Shown one piece after another: positions 1 through 9,564 of a stretch of 64,000 nt of DNA. A program made the translations under genes and the position numbers. The notes below the pieces were generated by a model. That model was not told the DNA's origin, made no database searches, and saw only the letters and a program-made list of their open reading frames with translations. This DNA comes from a virus (taxonomy: Duplodnaviria; Caudoviricetes): the IMG/VR virus record IMGVR_UViG_3300020577_009322, positions 91,464 to 155,463 of that record; one strand, written 5' to 3'. Numbering within the stretch: position 1 is the stretch's first letter; each line of letters starts with the position of its first letter.

Positions 1-2
1 AA

Positions 3-941
3 GGTGATGTTATTATCAGATATACTGGAGTATCAGAACCATTTATCAGAGTATCTGAAAGATCTGCAACAAAAGTAGGTGTTGATGGTGCAGGAAATCC
101 AAAACTGATATATAATACAGGTTTAAATCCTGAAAAAGTAGATTTTTATCAGTGGTATAATAATGAAGAGAAGAAGGCTGTAGTTAAGCAAATAAAGGAA
201 TTAAGACCAGAGATAGTAAAAGCATATGGTGGTGAGGATGTTATTAATGAAACAAATGCTTATTTCTGGGGAGAAACAAGAGATGTTAATAGATTATCTC
301 TTACTAATAACGATATGGATGTCTTTTATGACACTAAAATTCCTGTTCATGCATTATTATATTTATCAATAATTTCTGGAGCATTTGGAGAAATAGTTTC
401 TCCAACAAGAGATTGGGCTGAAAGACATCAGATACCACACTATCTGGCACTAGAAACTGAAGAATCATTTGATGAAGAAGATGGAATTAAGAGAAGTGAT
501 GCTCATGCTGCTTTAGCAGAATTGAGAAGAGATGAAACTCCAGAAGCACTATTTATATTAGCATGGTGTATTCAATATGATACAAATGCATTTGGTGCTT
601 ATCTTAAGAGTACTCCAATGAAAGATCTGATAAATTATCATATCAAATATATTGATGGTAAGTTAGTAACAAAGAGAAAGAAAGATACAGCAAGAGTATT
701 TATTGAATATGCTGAGAAATGGAAAGGGCAACAAACACGTCCAGCATTATATGTAGAAGCCTATGTTAAGGCAGGAGAATACTACAACTTTATAAATCAG
801 AGAGAAAAGAAATATGTGATGAATGATGGAACAGTTCTTGGAAATACAATAGAAGATGCTGTTGCAAATTTGATGAAACTTAAGTACACTCAGGATCTCG
901 AGAAATTGAGAAAGCAAGTGGAAGATAAATGGAAAGAATAA
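3..941 (+). CDS. crAss-like conserved structural-module protein (usually next to the major capsid gene), 5'-truncated
   Basis: Frame of ORF 315..941 is open back to position 3 (GDVIIRYTG...NAYFWGET...); first gene of the structural run. Confidence 0.6.
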   Translation, partial: GDVIIRYTGVSEPFIRVSERSATKVGVDGAGNPKLIYNTGLNPEKVDFYQWYNNEEKKAVVKQIKELRPEIVKAYGGEDVINETNAYFWGETRDVNRLSLTNNDMDVFYDTKIPVHALLYLSIISGAFGEIVSPTRDWAERHQIPHYLALETEESFDEEDGIKRSDAHAALAELRRDETPEALFILAWCIQYDTNAFGAYLKSTPMKDLINYHIKYIDGKLVTKRKKDTARVFIEYAEKWKGQQTRPALYVEAYVKAGEYYNFINQREKKYVMNDGTVLGNTIEDAVANLMKLKYTQDLEKLRKQVEDKWKE

Positions 942-1597
942 TGACTCTCAGAGATATATCAAAAAAAATAGATTTAAGATTAAATAAAGGTGCTTCTGGA
1001 GATTATGATAATATCTGGAATTACCAAAAAGAAGAAGCTCTTAATAAAGCTATTAATGAGTGGGTTAGAAGACAAAAGAGAGGAAAGAATAGTACTCAGG
1101 AAGGTGATGAAGAAACTGTAGACAGAATAGACGATTTACAGTTATTATTAAAAACTGAAGTTCTTACCACAAGAGATAAAGGTATATTCAATCAAACAAA
1201 TAAATTACCTATAGATTACTTGTACTTTAAGAGATTAAGTCCATTAGTTAGTAAAGGAATATGTAAAGGGATAAATATAAAATCTCATCTAAGAGAAGAG
1301 GCAAATGTTAACGATTTGATAACAATGCCATCATTTGAATTTGAAGAGACCTTTCATACAATAATAAATAATAAAATACATATCTATCATAATAAAGAAT
1401 TCTCAATAGATAAGGTAGAATTAACATACTATAGAAAACCTAAAGTATATTCCTTTAAGAAATTAGATACAGTATTAGAGTTTAAAGATGATGTTTGTGA
1501 GTTACTTGTAGACGATACATGTAAAATTTTATCATCAGATATTGAATCAATTAATCAAAAAAACTTGGCACAAGAACGAGCCGAATTCAATAATTAA
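941..1597 (+). CDS. crAss-like head-tail connector / ring protein
   Basis: TAATG stop/start overlap at 939-943 favours start 941; LRLNK...EALNKA...DDLQ...LPxDY...YYRKP pattern typical of crAss-like ring proteins. Confidence 0.55.
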   Translation: MTLRDISKKIDLRLNKGASGDYDNIWNYQKEEALNKAINEWVRRQKRGKNSTQEGDEETVDRIDDLQLLLKTEVLTTRDKGIFNQTNKLPIDYLYFKRLSPLVSKGICKGINIKSHLREEANVNDLITMPSFEFEETFHTIINNKIHIYHNKEFSIDKVELTYYRKPKVYSFKKLDTVLEFKDDVCELLVDDTCKILSSDIESINQKNLAQERAEFNN

Positions 1598-1619
1598 TAA
1601 CAAAAATAAATAGAAATTT

Positions 1620-3830
1620 ATGGAAAATTTTAGCTATCACGTACCCTTTTATGTGGTTACTGGTGGAATCGACACAGCGGGACATTCATCAGAATTAACA
1701 GCTGGTCAAGTTGGTCTGTTTGACAGAGCAACATTTAGTGTAGCAACAGCTGCAGGAAACGGTAAAGAGCTGTTTTTTGCTCAGGGTGCTATTGGAGGTA
1801 AAGATTGGTATGGTCAACCTGTTACCGAATCTCATAAATCTCCTTTCTTTTATGGTAAGGATGTTAGTAATATGTACTTATCCCTTCCACAAACTATTCA
1901 GAACGAAGAATGGGTTATTGGATTCAATGGTGCTGCGTCTTCTAAAAGCCTAAAATTTGAGAAAGGTAGAGCAACAAGAGTTAAATTCTTCTTCCACGGA
2001 AATCCTATTAATCGTTTCTTTGGAGGTCCAAAAGAGTATGTAGTATCATATACACCATCTGAAGATTGTAGTGATCCTTGTGATGGTAATGATTGTCCAG
2101 AAGGAATTACTGACTGTCTAACTCATACACAAACATTAATAGATAGTATTAATACACACACAGAATTAAAGAAATTTGGCGTAACGGCTAAGTTGGTTAA
2201 CACACCTTATTCTGCAGTAGCTACTAATATGACAAAATGGTGTCTTAATGTATGTGATAATGGGGATGTGCAGGCACTTCAGGCTGTAAAAGCTCAGTAT
2301 CCTTCTCTTTCTATTGTTAGAAAAAGTAGAGTTGGTTCAACATCAACTTATGAGTTTTGTCAACCAGATGCCCTGGCATGGGAACCAGCTGACTACCGTC
2401 AGTCAGGAAGTGTTTCTTTAGCAGTTTGTGGTGTGTGTCCAGCTGGATCTACATTAACTGCAGGGGCTGATACTTACTTTGTTGATAGAACTGTTACTCC
2501 ATCTACTGATTTATCAACAGGTGGTGCACAGCAAACTTATGCTGATTCAGTGGGTACTGCTTATGAAGCAAGCTTAGCTGCTACAATTGCTACAGCTGAT
2601 GTTAATACTACTACAGATGTTATTACAGAAACTGCTCATAATTTTGTTACTGGTCAACCAGTTACTTATGATGATGGTGGTGGTGCTGCAATGACTGGAT
2701 TAGTAGATAATGCTGTATACTACGTTATTAAATTAACAGCAAATACATTTAAGGTAGCTACCACTTTAGCTAATGCTTTAGCTGGAACAGCAATTAATAT
2801 CACAGGTACAGGTAATAATGCCCAGTCATTTACTCCAATCATTACTGCTTCTTTTGTAGCATTAAATGGTTCAGTAGCTCGTGTTAAATTATCAATTGCT
2901 CAAGGAGCAACACTTAATACATTACTTGCTGATGAAGTAAACTTTGAACAATCAGTTGGTGCAACTTGTGTTTTTTCTGCCCCTTCTGATATTGCATGGG
3001 TAACTTGTGGAACTGGTATCTCTTCAGAGAGAACAATGAAAATTGAAGCTCTTCAAAGAGAGGATTGTAATGGAGGTGATAGATTAGCTGATTTGACATC
3101 AATTTTATCAGGTGTTAAAGGAATTAAAATTAATACATTAACTAAAATTGCTGGAACAAATTGTGCTGATGATTATACAGTTGTTCAGTCTTCAATTGAC
3201 TGCTTAGCAGAAGATTGTTTGACAAACAATGTAACTTTTACTTATGATGAGTTACCAGCATTTGAAAGCAAATATTGGAAACTAGTTCCTCCAGCAGTAT
3301 CTGCAGATCCTACAAGAAAATGTGGTATTCGTGTTACAGCTGGTTATATTGATCCTCAATTTGGTAATTGTTCATTCCAACCAGATGATTTCTATGAAAC
3401 TGAACCAATTAAAATGGAAGTTTCATTACTTGGTGAGAATGATAGCAATTGTGATGTAGCTAACTGGCCTTCAGTTCAACAGACAAGAGTTGGTAGAACA
3501 GCAAGACAATCAGGTGAATGGGTAGTAAGAGAAGTTATCATGAAAACTGATGCCTATCTTAAACACATTAATCAATATTCTTCTGATCCAAGAATGAGAG
3601 AAGCATTTGATCAGAATTTGTTAGGAATGGTTGATAGAAAAGCTTTTTATAAACTATACTATATTACTTATTCTGCTAGTTATGGTCACTCTTTCAGAAA
3701 AAATGAGCAAGAGAAGTTTACTACTATCTTTGCTTTCAAAGAAACAGATCCAACCGTTGCTAGTTTTGAAACTAACATCATTGATGTTCTTACTGGAAAA
3801 TCTGGTGTAGTTCTTCACGTAAACAGTTAA
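1620..3830 (+). CDS. Large Cys-rich virion structural protein (auxiliary capsid-like) with internal FCCH-like beta domain
   Basis: 736 aa followed by a strong terminator; HNFVTGQPVTY...YYVIKLTANTFKVA segment resembles FCCH-like modules of phage structural proteins. Confidence 0.55.
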   Translation: MENFSYHVPFYVVTGGIDTAGHSSELTAGQVGLFDRATFSVATAAGNGKELFFAQGAIGGKDWYGQPVTESHKSPFFYGKDVSNMYLSLPQTIQNEEWVIGFNGAASSKSLKFEKGRATRVKFFFHGNPINRFFGGPKEYVVSYTPSEDCSDPCDGNDCPEGITDCLTHTQTLIDSINTHTELKKFGVTAKLVNTPYSAVATNMTKWCLNVCDNGDVQALQAVKAQYPSLSIVRKSRVGSTSTYEFCQPDALAWEPADYRQSGSVSLAVCGVCPAGSTLTAGADTYFVDRTVTPSTDLSTGGAQQTYADSVGTAYEASLAATIATADVNTTTDVITETAHNFVTGQPVTYDDGGGAAMTGLVDNAVYYVIKLTANTFKVATTLANALAGTAINITGTGNNAQSFTPIITASFVALNGSVARVKLSIAQGATLNTLLADEVNFEQSVGATCVFSAPSDIAWVTCGTGISSERTMKIEALQREDCNGGDRLADLTSILSGVKGIKINTLTKIAGTNCADDYTVVQSSIDCLAEDCLTNNVTFTYDELPAFESKYWKLVPPAVSADPTRKCGIRVTAGYIDPQFGNCSFQPDDFYETEPIKMEVSLLGENDSNCDVANWPSVQQTRVGRTARQSGEWVVREVIMKTDAYLKHINQYSSDPRMREAFDQNLLGMVDRKAFYKLYYITYSASYGHSFRKNEQEKFTTIFAFKETDPTVASFETNIIDVLTGKSGVVLHVNS

Positions 3831-3852
3831 TATCTAAAATAAAGAAAAGGTT

Positions 3853-3885
3853 GAGCGTGGTAGGCAGTAGTCTGCCACGCTTTTT
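3853..3885 (+). terminator. Intrinsic terminator
   Basis: agcgtggtaggc-agta-gtctgccacgct hairpin plus T-run. Confidence 0.85.
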
Positions 3886-3934
3886 AATTTAGAGAATTAT
3901 TTTAATTTATCATATTTTTTAACTATATTCTACT

Positions 3935-4498
3935 GTGAATAGAACTGAATTAAATTTAGATGTAGCTAAATCTTTTAATCTTAAGATTATGAGATTAGTA
4001 GATACATCTAATTATTTTGATGGAGAAGAAATAGATAACTATTTAATAGAAGTTTTACCAGTAAACAGATCAAAATGGGTAACTTTTAATGTTGCAAAAG
4101 ATTTTTCACTAGTATTAAATTCTTCTAACTTAGGATATCAAAAAGTAGATAAAAGCATAGGATTAGCTGATTTACCAGATGGAATATATGAAATAAAACA
4201 ATCATATAAACCAAATAGTCAAACGGTTGGTCACTATTATCATTTACGTACATCTTCATTAATTCTTAAATATATAGAAGTATTAGGAGAACATTTTTCA
4301 GAACAATGTGCCAAGGATAAAAGAACATATAGAGAGGAAGAAGATTTATTAGTATCTATTAGACAATATATAGAAGCTGCGGAATATATGGTTAGTGAAA
4401 AGTTAGATAAAGATTCTGGAATCAAATTTTATAATCAGGCAGTAGATTTAATAAAAAAACTAGAAGATGACTGTGGATGTAGACCTGTTAAAAGATAG
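3935..4498 (+). CDS. Hypothetical structural protein
   Basis: 187 aa ORF, LPDGIYEI motif, C-terminal CGC. Confidence 0.6.
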   Translation: MNRTELNLDVAKSFNLKIMRLVDTSNYFDGEEIDNYLIEVLPVNRSKWVTFNVAKDFSLVLNSSNLGYQKVDKSIGLADLPDGIYEIKQSYKPNSQTVGHYYHLRTSSLILKYIEVLGEHFSEQCAKDKRTYREEEDLLVSIRQYIEAAEYMVSEKLDKDSGIKFYNQAVDLIKKLEDDCGCRPVKR

Positions 4499-4694
4499 AT
4501 TTGTCACTGAAATGGCAAATAAATATAATCAAGAGATGTTTTTTATTGAAAGTTGCTTAAAGCACTCATCTCATGCAGATAACTCATTACGTATATTCTT
4601 TGAGGAAAATAATAAGATGATATCTTGTGGAAAAGAAATAAAATTCTATGATAAATGTCATCCACAGAAATTAACTCTTAATAAAATCCACTAA
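4467..4694 (+). CDS. Hypothetical protein
   Basis: 75 aa ORF filling the gap between co-oriented genes. Confidence 0.5.
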   Translation: MTVDVDLLKDRFVTEMANKYNQEMFFIESCLKHSSHADNSLRIFFEENNKMISCGKEIKFYDKCHPQKLTLNKIH

Positions 4695-4710
4695 GAGAAA
4701 AAAGTATTAA

Positions 4711-5922
4711 ATGAAAAAACTACAAAATTGTATTGTTGAAAACTGTATACCTACACCAACTTCTTGTAATGAATGGAATGGTGGAGAGATAACATATCTT
4801 GGTATATGTAATGGAGACTCTTTAAATAATGTAGTTTGGGAAATAGTTACTAAGCTACAAGCAATAGCAGGAGACGATTTATCTCAATTTGATTTAGATA
4901 GTTTACTTACAATATGTAATCAGCAAGCTCCATTAGAAGTTAATTTGATTAGTATTCTTAATTTGCTTAAGAACAATCAAATATGTCTTAAGGATTACAT
5001 TGATACATTAAATGAAAAATTATCTGAATTATCAGGAGCAGGATCTGTTAATGTTAACTTAAAATGTTTTGCTGATTTTGATAATCTAGGTAATTCTCTA
5101 TCAATAAATAGAGAGCAATTAGATCAGTTAGTTATTAATGCATTATGTGACAATAAAGATCGTATAGAAACATTAGAGGGAAAAGTAATATTATTACAAA
5201 AAGAGATAGATGATATTGAAAATAATACAACAATAGATGAATTATCTTTTGCTACTTGTATAGATCCAGGAATTAAGCCAACATCTTCTCAAGTTATAAT
5301 TACAGCTCAAGAAGTCTGTGATTTAGAAACTGCTACAGGTATACCTACTGATATAGCTTCCGCATTATCTAAAACTGCAACTGATCTTAATCCTGAATTT
5401 GGATTAATACCTGGTTGGAATTTAACTCCATCAAATTGGGCACAGAATTATGGTAATCTTCTATTAGAAGTAGAAGCCTTAAGAAAGCGTCTTATTTTTA
5501 TGGAGACTAACTGTTGTGCTATTACTTGTGATGATGTTAAGATTGGATTTACTGCAGTATTTAATGATGATATGACTAGTGTAATAATCAAATTTACTTC
5601 AGGTGCAGGAACAAATATACCTTCTGGATTCTTAGATATTGGCTCTACAATAACAATAACAGATGAACAGGGTAATATAGAAGAATTTAATACAGCTGCT
5701 CCAGATTTAATTGCTAATAATGCACAAATAGAAGTTCCAATATCTACATTGATGACAACAGGAGATGTTAATATAAATATTCAAAGTAATATAAGTAATG
5801 GTACACTAACATGTAGCAAATGTTCTAATAAGACTATAAAGAGACCTTCTTGCTCATTCTGTATATTAACTGCAACAGATACTGTAACAGTTGTTTATAA
5901 GGTTTGTACTATAAATTCATAA
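4711..5922 (+). CDS. Cys-rich coiled-coil structural protein (head/tail fibre-like)
   Basis: 403 aa, heptad segments, many Cys. Confidence 0.55.
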   Translation: MKKLQNCIVENCIPTPTSCNEWNGGEITYLGICNGDSLNNVVWEIVTKLQAIAGDDLSQFDLDSLLTICNQQAPLEVNLISILNLLKNNQICLKDYIDTLNEKLSELSGAGSVNVNLKCFADFDNLGNSLSINREQLDQLVINALCDNKDRIETLEGKVILLQKEIDDIENNTTIDELSFATCIDPGIKPTSSQVIITAQEVCDLETATGIPTDIASALSKTATDLNPEFGLIPGWNLTPSNWAQNYGNLLLEVEALRKRLIFMETNCCAITCDDVKIGFTAVFNDDMTSVIIKFTSGAGTNIPSGFLDIGSTITITDEQGNIEEFNTAAPDLIANNAQIEVPISTLMTTGDVNINIQSNISNGTLTCSKCSNKTIKRPSCSFCILTATDTVTVVYKVCTINS

Positions 5923-5931
5923 AATAATAAT

Positions 5932-6591
5932 ATGGCATCATTACCAAAATGTATATATAAAACAATAGTATTATCTGCAGGTGAGACGTTTGTACTACCG
6001 CCTGGTGCGGAGGTAGTAAGTGTATCAAATAGTTCAGCAATATCGTCAAGTTGTCCTGGAGATTTACCTGAAGTAGCAATAAAATGCTATAGAATTAGAT
6101 GGGTAGTAAATAAAGATCCGGAAGGAAGAATTACCTATATTAGTCCTTTTTTAGGACCACAGGGAATTAGTATACCTAATACAAATAATGCTTGGGAAGA
6201 TGATGATGATGATAGTTTACCAATAATAATTAACAAGGTTTATGTTGGTGGACAATTAGTTGATGCGGGATCTATAAATTGTAGAGATCTTGCTTCATTA
6301 GAAAGTGTAATTCATGGATCTAGTGGAGGTGGAGCAATAACTGAAAGAAAATATTTAACAGGAACTCAATTGGGTGCTCTAACAGTAGCGGAAACAGTCA
6401 GTTGGGGAAGTCGTTGGAAATCAGGTTATGTATGGTTTGAAATATACTTTAAGGCACCTGAAGAAATAGGAAAACAGGTATATTTAGAATTAGGTGGAGG
6501 TAATGGAAATATAGCAGACATACCTCGTTTGTTTGCAGCTGAAATTGATTGTACCGCATATCCAACAACAACAGTAGTAACTAGTTGTTAA
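5932..6591 (+). CDS. Hypothetical structural protein
   Basis: 219 aa ORF in operon; ends in Cys. Confidence 0.6.
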   Translation: MASLPKCIYKTIVLSAGETFVLPPGAEVVSVSNSSAISSSCPGDLPEVAIKCYRIRWVVNKDPEGRITYISPFLGPQGISIPNTNNAWEDDDDDSLPIIINKVYVGGQLVDAGSINCRDLASLESVIHGSSGGGAITERKYLTGTQLGALTVAETVSWGSRWKSGYVWFEIYFKAPEEIGKQVYLELGGGNGNIADIPRLFAAEIDCTAYPTTTVVTSC

Positions 6592-6606
6592 AAATAAAAT
6601 AATAAT

Positions 6607-7188
6607 ATGGCAGCTTGTTTAATAACAACAGGAGGGACTTCAGGAACTTTAAGAATTGACTATAAATTAGGATCTGATAGTAATACTATCTTCTCAAATT
6701 ATGGTGATATAATATATATTGATGATTCTGCTACAGATATAACATACACACGATTAAGTGGAGATGTTACTGCAGCTTCTGGATGTGTAACAATAACTGC
6801 ACGTCCACAAACATGTTATAAGTTTATATATGATACAGTTGATGGAACATCACTTCCAACCGATTCTACTATAGACGCTATAGTAGTTGGTACAACATAT
6901 ACATTCACAGAAGCTTCATACAGATTGTCTGGAACAGAGGCTATTATCTATGGTATAAATACCGAATTAAATAATGATAATATAAAAGTTACAGCAATCA
7001 AAGTTGATCAATTAACAGAACCATACTTTAATGTTTCTCTTATAGTAAAAATTATCGGGACAGATATTCCACGACTAAGAATTGTAACAACAAATGGTAA
7101 TTATGTTTATCTAATTGGAACAGTATCGGTAGATTGTGTACCGAGTGGATATATTGATTTAAACACTTCCTCTATACCAGTAATTTAA
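6607..7188 (+). CDS. Hypothetical structural protein (beta-rich)
   Basis: 193 aa Thr/Ser/Ile-rich ORF in operon. Confidence 0.6.
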   Translation: MAACLITTGGTSGTLRIDYKLGSDSNTIFSNYGDIIYIDDSATDITYTRLSGDVTAASGCVTITARPQTCYKFIYDTVDGTSLPTDSTIDAIVVGTTYTFTEASYRLSGTEAIIYGINTELNNDNIKVTAIKVDQLTEPYFNVSLIVKIIGTDIPRLRIVTTNGNYVYLIGTVSVDCVPSGYIDLNTSSIPVI

Positions 7189-7199
7189 AAAAATAAAAT

Positions 7200-8171
7200 A
7201 TGCCTTGTAATACAACACCTTGTGATGATAAATGTTTACCTTATAATCCATGTTATGATGATTGTGGTTGTTTAAACCCAACTACTTTTGAGTGTGTAAC
7301 AAAACCTGGAACATGGCCTGCATTAGGAATTACTAATGATATGAATGGGGTAGAGGCTTTAGAAGCCTTAAATACCGTTATTAATAATTTAACTATAACC
7401 CCGCCATCTCCTGGATCAGACGTTTATGTTAAAGCTACATCTGCAGATACAACTGCAAACTACCTTTCTAGTAAGTTAGTAGTTGGAGCATTTTTAACAA
7501 AAACAATAGTAAATCCGTCAGGAAATGAACAAATTCGTCTGAATGTTTCACCTGCAGCCTTGGTTTCTTCTGATTCTGGAAATATTCTAGATATAGGAAC
7601 TGATGGAAAATTACGTGCTATAGTTACTGTTCCTTTACCTGATATTTCAGTAGTTGGAGGAAGTGGTGTAACTGTTACAGGAACAGGTCCATCATCAGAT
7701 CCTTTTGTTGTATCAATAAATCCATCAATAGAAGTAGTAAGAAATTGCTTTGATAATGTATGGAGAGATGTTACATTAGTTGCTACAGGAAATGCTAATG
7801 TTGTTTATGTTAGTGGAATTCCAAAATATCGTTATCGTTTTGATGGAACAATAGAATTTAAAGGATCAGCAACTTATACTGTAGCTTTTGGAGCATATTC
7901 TACAGGAAATAGAAAATATACAATAACAATTGGGAATATTCCAACAACATGTGTAACATCAGGTGAGCAAGCGGGAGTATCTGACCTGAAGAATATCAAT
8001 TATATAGATGTACCACAAGCTGGTGCAGATCAAATAACGCAACAATATGGGTATATTATTAGAAAATCAACAGCCAATCTAATAGTAGAATTTCAGTCTT
8101 CTTTTACCTCATCAACAAGTAAAACAATTGTTGTTAACTTCGAGGGAGCTATATCATACCCATCTCTTTAA
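7200..8171 (+). CDS. Fibre-like structural protein with Cys-rich N-terminus
   Basis: 323 aa; MPCNTTPCDDKC start; VTGTGxxxDP and SSDSGNILDIGTDGKL fibre-type repeats. Confidence 0.55.
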   Translation: MPCNTTPCDDKCLPYNPCYDDCGCLNPTTFECVTKPGTWPALGITNDMNGVEALEALNTVINNLTITPPSPGSDVYVKATSADTTANYLSSKLVVGAFLTKTIVNPSGNEQIRLNVSPAALVSSDSGNILDIGTDGKLRAIVTVPLPDISVVGGSGVTVTGTGPSSDPFVVSINPSIEVVRNCFDNVWRDVTLVATGNANVVYVSGIPKYRYRFDGTIEFKGSATYTVAFGAYSTGNRKYTITIGNIPTTCVTSGEQAGVSDLKNINYIDVPQAGADQITQQYGYIIRKSTANLIVEFQSSFTSSTSKTIVVNFEGAISYPSL

Positions 8172-8207
8172 AAACTCGTGGTTAGTTGGTTCTCCACAAA
8201 ATGAGTT

Positions 8208-8234
8208 AACGATCCGTTTCTACGGGTCGTTTTT
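8208..8234 (+). terminator. Intrinsic terminator ending the structural operon
   Basis: aacgatccgt-ttct-acgggtcgtt plus T-run. Confidence 0.8.
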
Positions 8235-8247
8235 ACTTTAAAATAAA

Positions 8248-8279
8248 TTTGGTAAATTAAAAATAAAATCGTATATTTG
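8248..8279 (+). promoter_or_regulatory. Bacteroidota-type sigma70 promoter (tRNA block 1)
   Basis: TTTG 8248-8251 and TATATTTG 8272-8279. Confidence 0.8.
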
Positions 8280-8283
8280 CACT

Positions 8284-8361
8284 ATGAAAGCAGTAGAAAA
8301 ATTGTATGGCTGCGGTTGTGGTAAACCAAAACCAGTAGTGGTTAAACCACCTTCAAGATAA
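8284..8361 (+). CDS. 25-aa micro-protein MKAVEKLYGCGCGKPKPVVVKPPSR
   Basis: ATG 4 nt after the -7 element; GCGCGK motif; below ORF-track cutoff. Confidence 0.55.
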   Translation: MKAVEKLYGCGCGKPKPVVVKPPSR

Positions 8362-8372
8362 AAATAAAAACT

Positions 8373-8459
8373 ATGATAACAGTAAATCATGCATGGCCCA
8401 TCTTTACGCAATGTCCAACAGGACAATGTGAGGGACTGTGTACGTGTATTAAGAATTAA
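8373..8459 (+). promoter_or_regulatory. Attenuator leader peptide L1 MITVNHAWPIFTQCPTGQCEGLCTCIKN
   Basis: His/Trp/Pro/Phe/Thr/Gln/Cys codons match downstream tRNAs; followed by terminator. Confidence 0.8.
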
Positions 8460-8479
8460 CTCTTAACCACAACCGAACT

Positions 8480-8507
8480 AACCCCTCCATAAAAAGAGGG
8501 GTTTTTT
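8480..8507 (+). terminator. Attenuator terminator T1
   Basis: aacccctc-cataaaaa-gaggggtt plus T-run, just before tRNA-Pro. Confidence 0.85.
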
Positions 8508-8512
8508 ATTAT

Positions 8513-8587
8513 CTAGATGTTCCACAGTTGGTTATATGGGCTTGCCCTGGAAGCAAGTGTTCGTCAGTTCGAATCTGACCATCTAGA
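8513..8587 (+). tRNA. tRNA-Pro(TGG)
   Basis: ctagatg/catctag acceptor; cttgc-CCTGGAA-gcaag; TTCGAAT T-loop. Confidence 0.85.
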
Positions 8588-8590
8588 CAT

Positions 8591-8662
8591 GCTTTCTTAA
8601 TAGTAATGGTAGCTACTCTGTTTTGTAATCAGAAAGTGTCAGTTCGAGTCTGACAGAAAGCT
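8591..8662 (+). tRNA. tRNA-Thr(TGT)
   Basis: gctttct/agaaagc acceptor; tctgt-TTTGTAA-tcaga. Confidence 0.85.
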
Positions 8663-8670
8663 CTTAACTT

Positions 8671-8742
8671 GGTCCTTTGGGTGAGTGGTTTAACTATTAG
8701 TCTGCAAAACTAATTACAGCAGTTCGAATCTGCTAGGGACCT
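8671..8742 (+). tRNA. tRNA-Cys(GCA)
   Basis: ttagt-CTGCAAA-actaa; U73. Confidence 0.9.
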
Positions 8743-8811
8743 CAAAGGCTTGTCCTTGAAACAACCTTCCCGTGGAGGGAACTGTAAGACAGTTTAAATA
8801 AGAGGATAGCT

Positions 8812-8883
8812 GGAAATATAACTCAGTTGGTAGAGTGCCAGATTGAAGATCTGGTTGCATCAGTTCGATTCTGATTATTTCCA
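8812..8883 (+). tRNA. tRNA-Phe(GAA)
   Basis: ccaga-TTGAAGA-tctgg; canonical cloverleaf. Confidence 0.92.
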
Positions 8884-8888
8884 CATAT

Positions 8889-8960
8889 ACGTGTGTAGTG
8901 TAGTTGGTAACACAGCAGTCTCCAAAACTGTATTCACCTGTTCGAATCGGGTCATACGTG
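8889..8960 (+). tRNA. tRNA-Trp(CCA)
   Basis: gcagt-CTCCAAA-actgt; G73. Confidence 0.9.
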
Positions 8961-8965
8961 CTTAT

Positions 8966-9036
8966 TTTCTTGTAGTGTAATGGTAACACATGAGATTTTG
9001 GCTCTCATATTTTAGGTTCGAGTCCTAACAAGAAAA
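8966..9036 (+). tRNA. tRNA-Gln(TTG)
   Basis: tgaga-TTTTGGC-tctca. Confidence 0.9.
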
Positions 9037-9038
9037 CT

Positions 9039-9111
9039 GGTGATTATAGCATAATGGTAGTGCAAAAGTTTGTGAAGCTTACAGGTGGGAGTTCGAATCT
9101 CCTTAGTCACC
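9039..9111 (+). tRNA. tRNA-His(GTG)
   Basis: G-1:C73; loop TTGTGAA. Confidence 0.88.
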
Positions 9112-9118
9112 CTTATAA

Positions 9119-9194
9119 ACTCCGTTAGCTAAACTGGATACGGCACCAGAATACGAATCTGGAGATTTTGAGGGTTCGAATCCTTCACGGAGTA
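9119..9194 (+). tRNA. tRNA-Arg(ACG)
   Basis: ccaga-ATACGAA-tctgg. Confidence 0.88.
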
Positions 9195-9247
9195 CAATTT
9201 TAAATAATAATTTTCCTAAAATAAAATATATACTATATCTTTGTTCT

Positions 9248-9433
9248 ATGATAGGAAAAATAATAAAATCAGATATGAAATCTAGGATCAGTTATAATAT
9301 AACTGGTTTAGATAAGGGAATATTATTTGTTAATAAAAATACATCATCATTATCTCCAGATGGATATGAAGGAAAATGTCCACAAGGGGAACTATTTAAC
9401 AATAATGGAAATAGTTGGAGATCGAGTTGTTGA
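9248..9433 (+). CDS. Small hypothetical protein
   Basis: 61 aa; TATCTTTG at 9236-9243 just upstream. Confidence 0.35.
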   Translation: MIGKIIKSDMKSRISYNITGLDKGILFVNKNTSSLSPDGYEGKCPQGELFNNNGNSWRSSC

Positions 9434-9489
9434 TAGAGGGAGACTTTCTATAGAAGTAGATGAGAATGGATATGTTACTATAAAATAAA

Positions 9490-9521
9490 TTTGGTAATTG
9501 TTAAAAATAGTTGTATATTTG
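9490..9521 (+). promoter_or_regulatory. Bacteroidota-type promoter (upstream of tRNA block 2)
   Basis: TTTG 9490-9493 and TATATTTG 9514-9521. Confidence 0.8.
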
Positions 9522-9564
9522 TGCTGCACTGACCAAGTAGGCGTGTTACTAAAAATATACAAAC

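Noticed and set aside
8373-8459. L1 as a metallothionein-like or RiPP precursor peptide
   Set aside because: No modifying enzymes nearby; its composition is better explained by the downstream tRNA set and by parallel architecture with L2 and L3.
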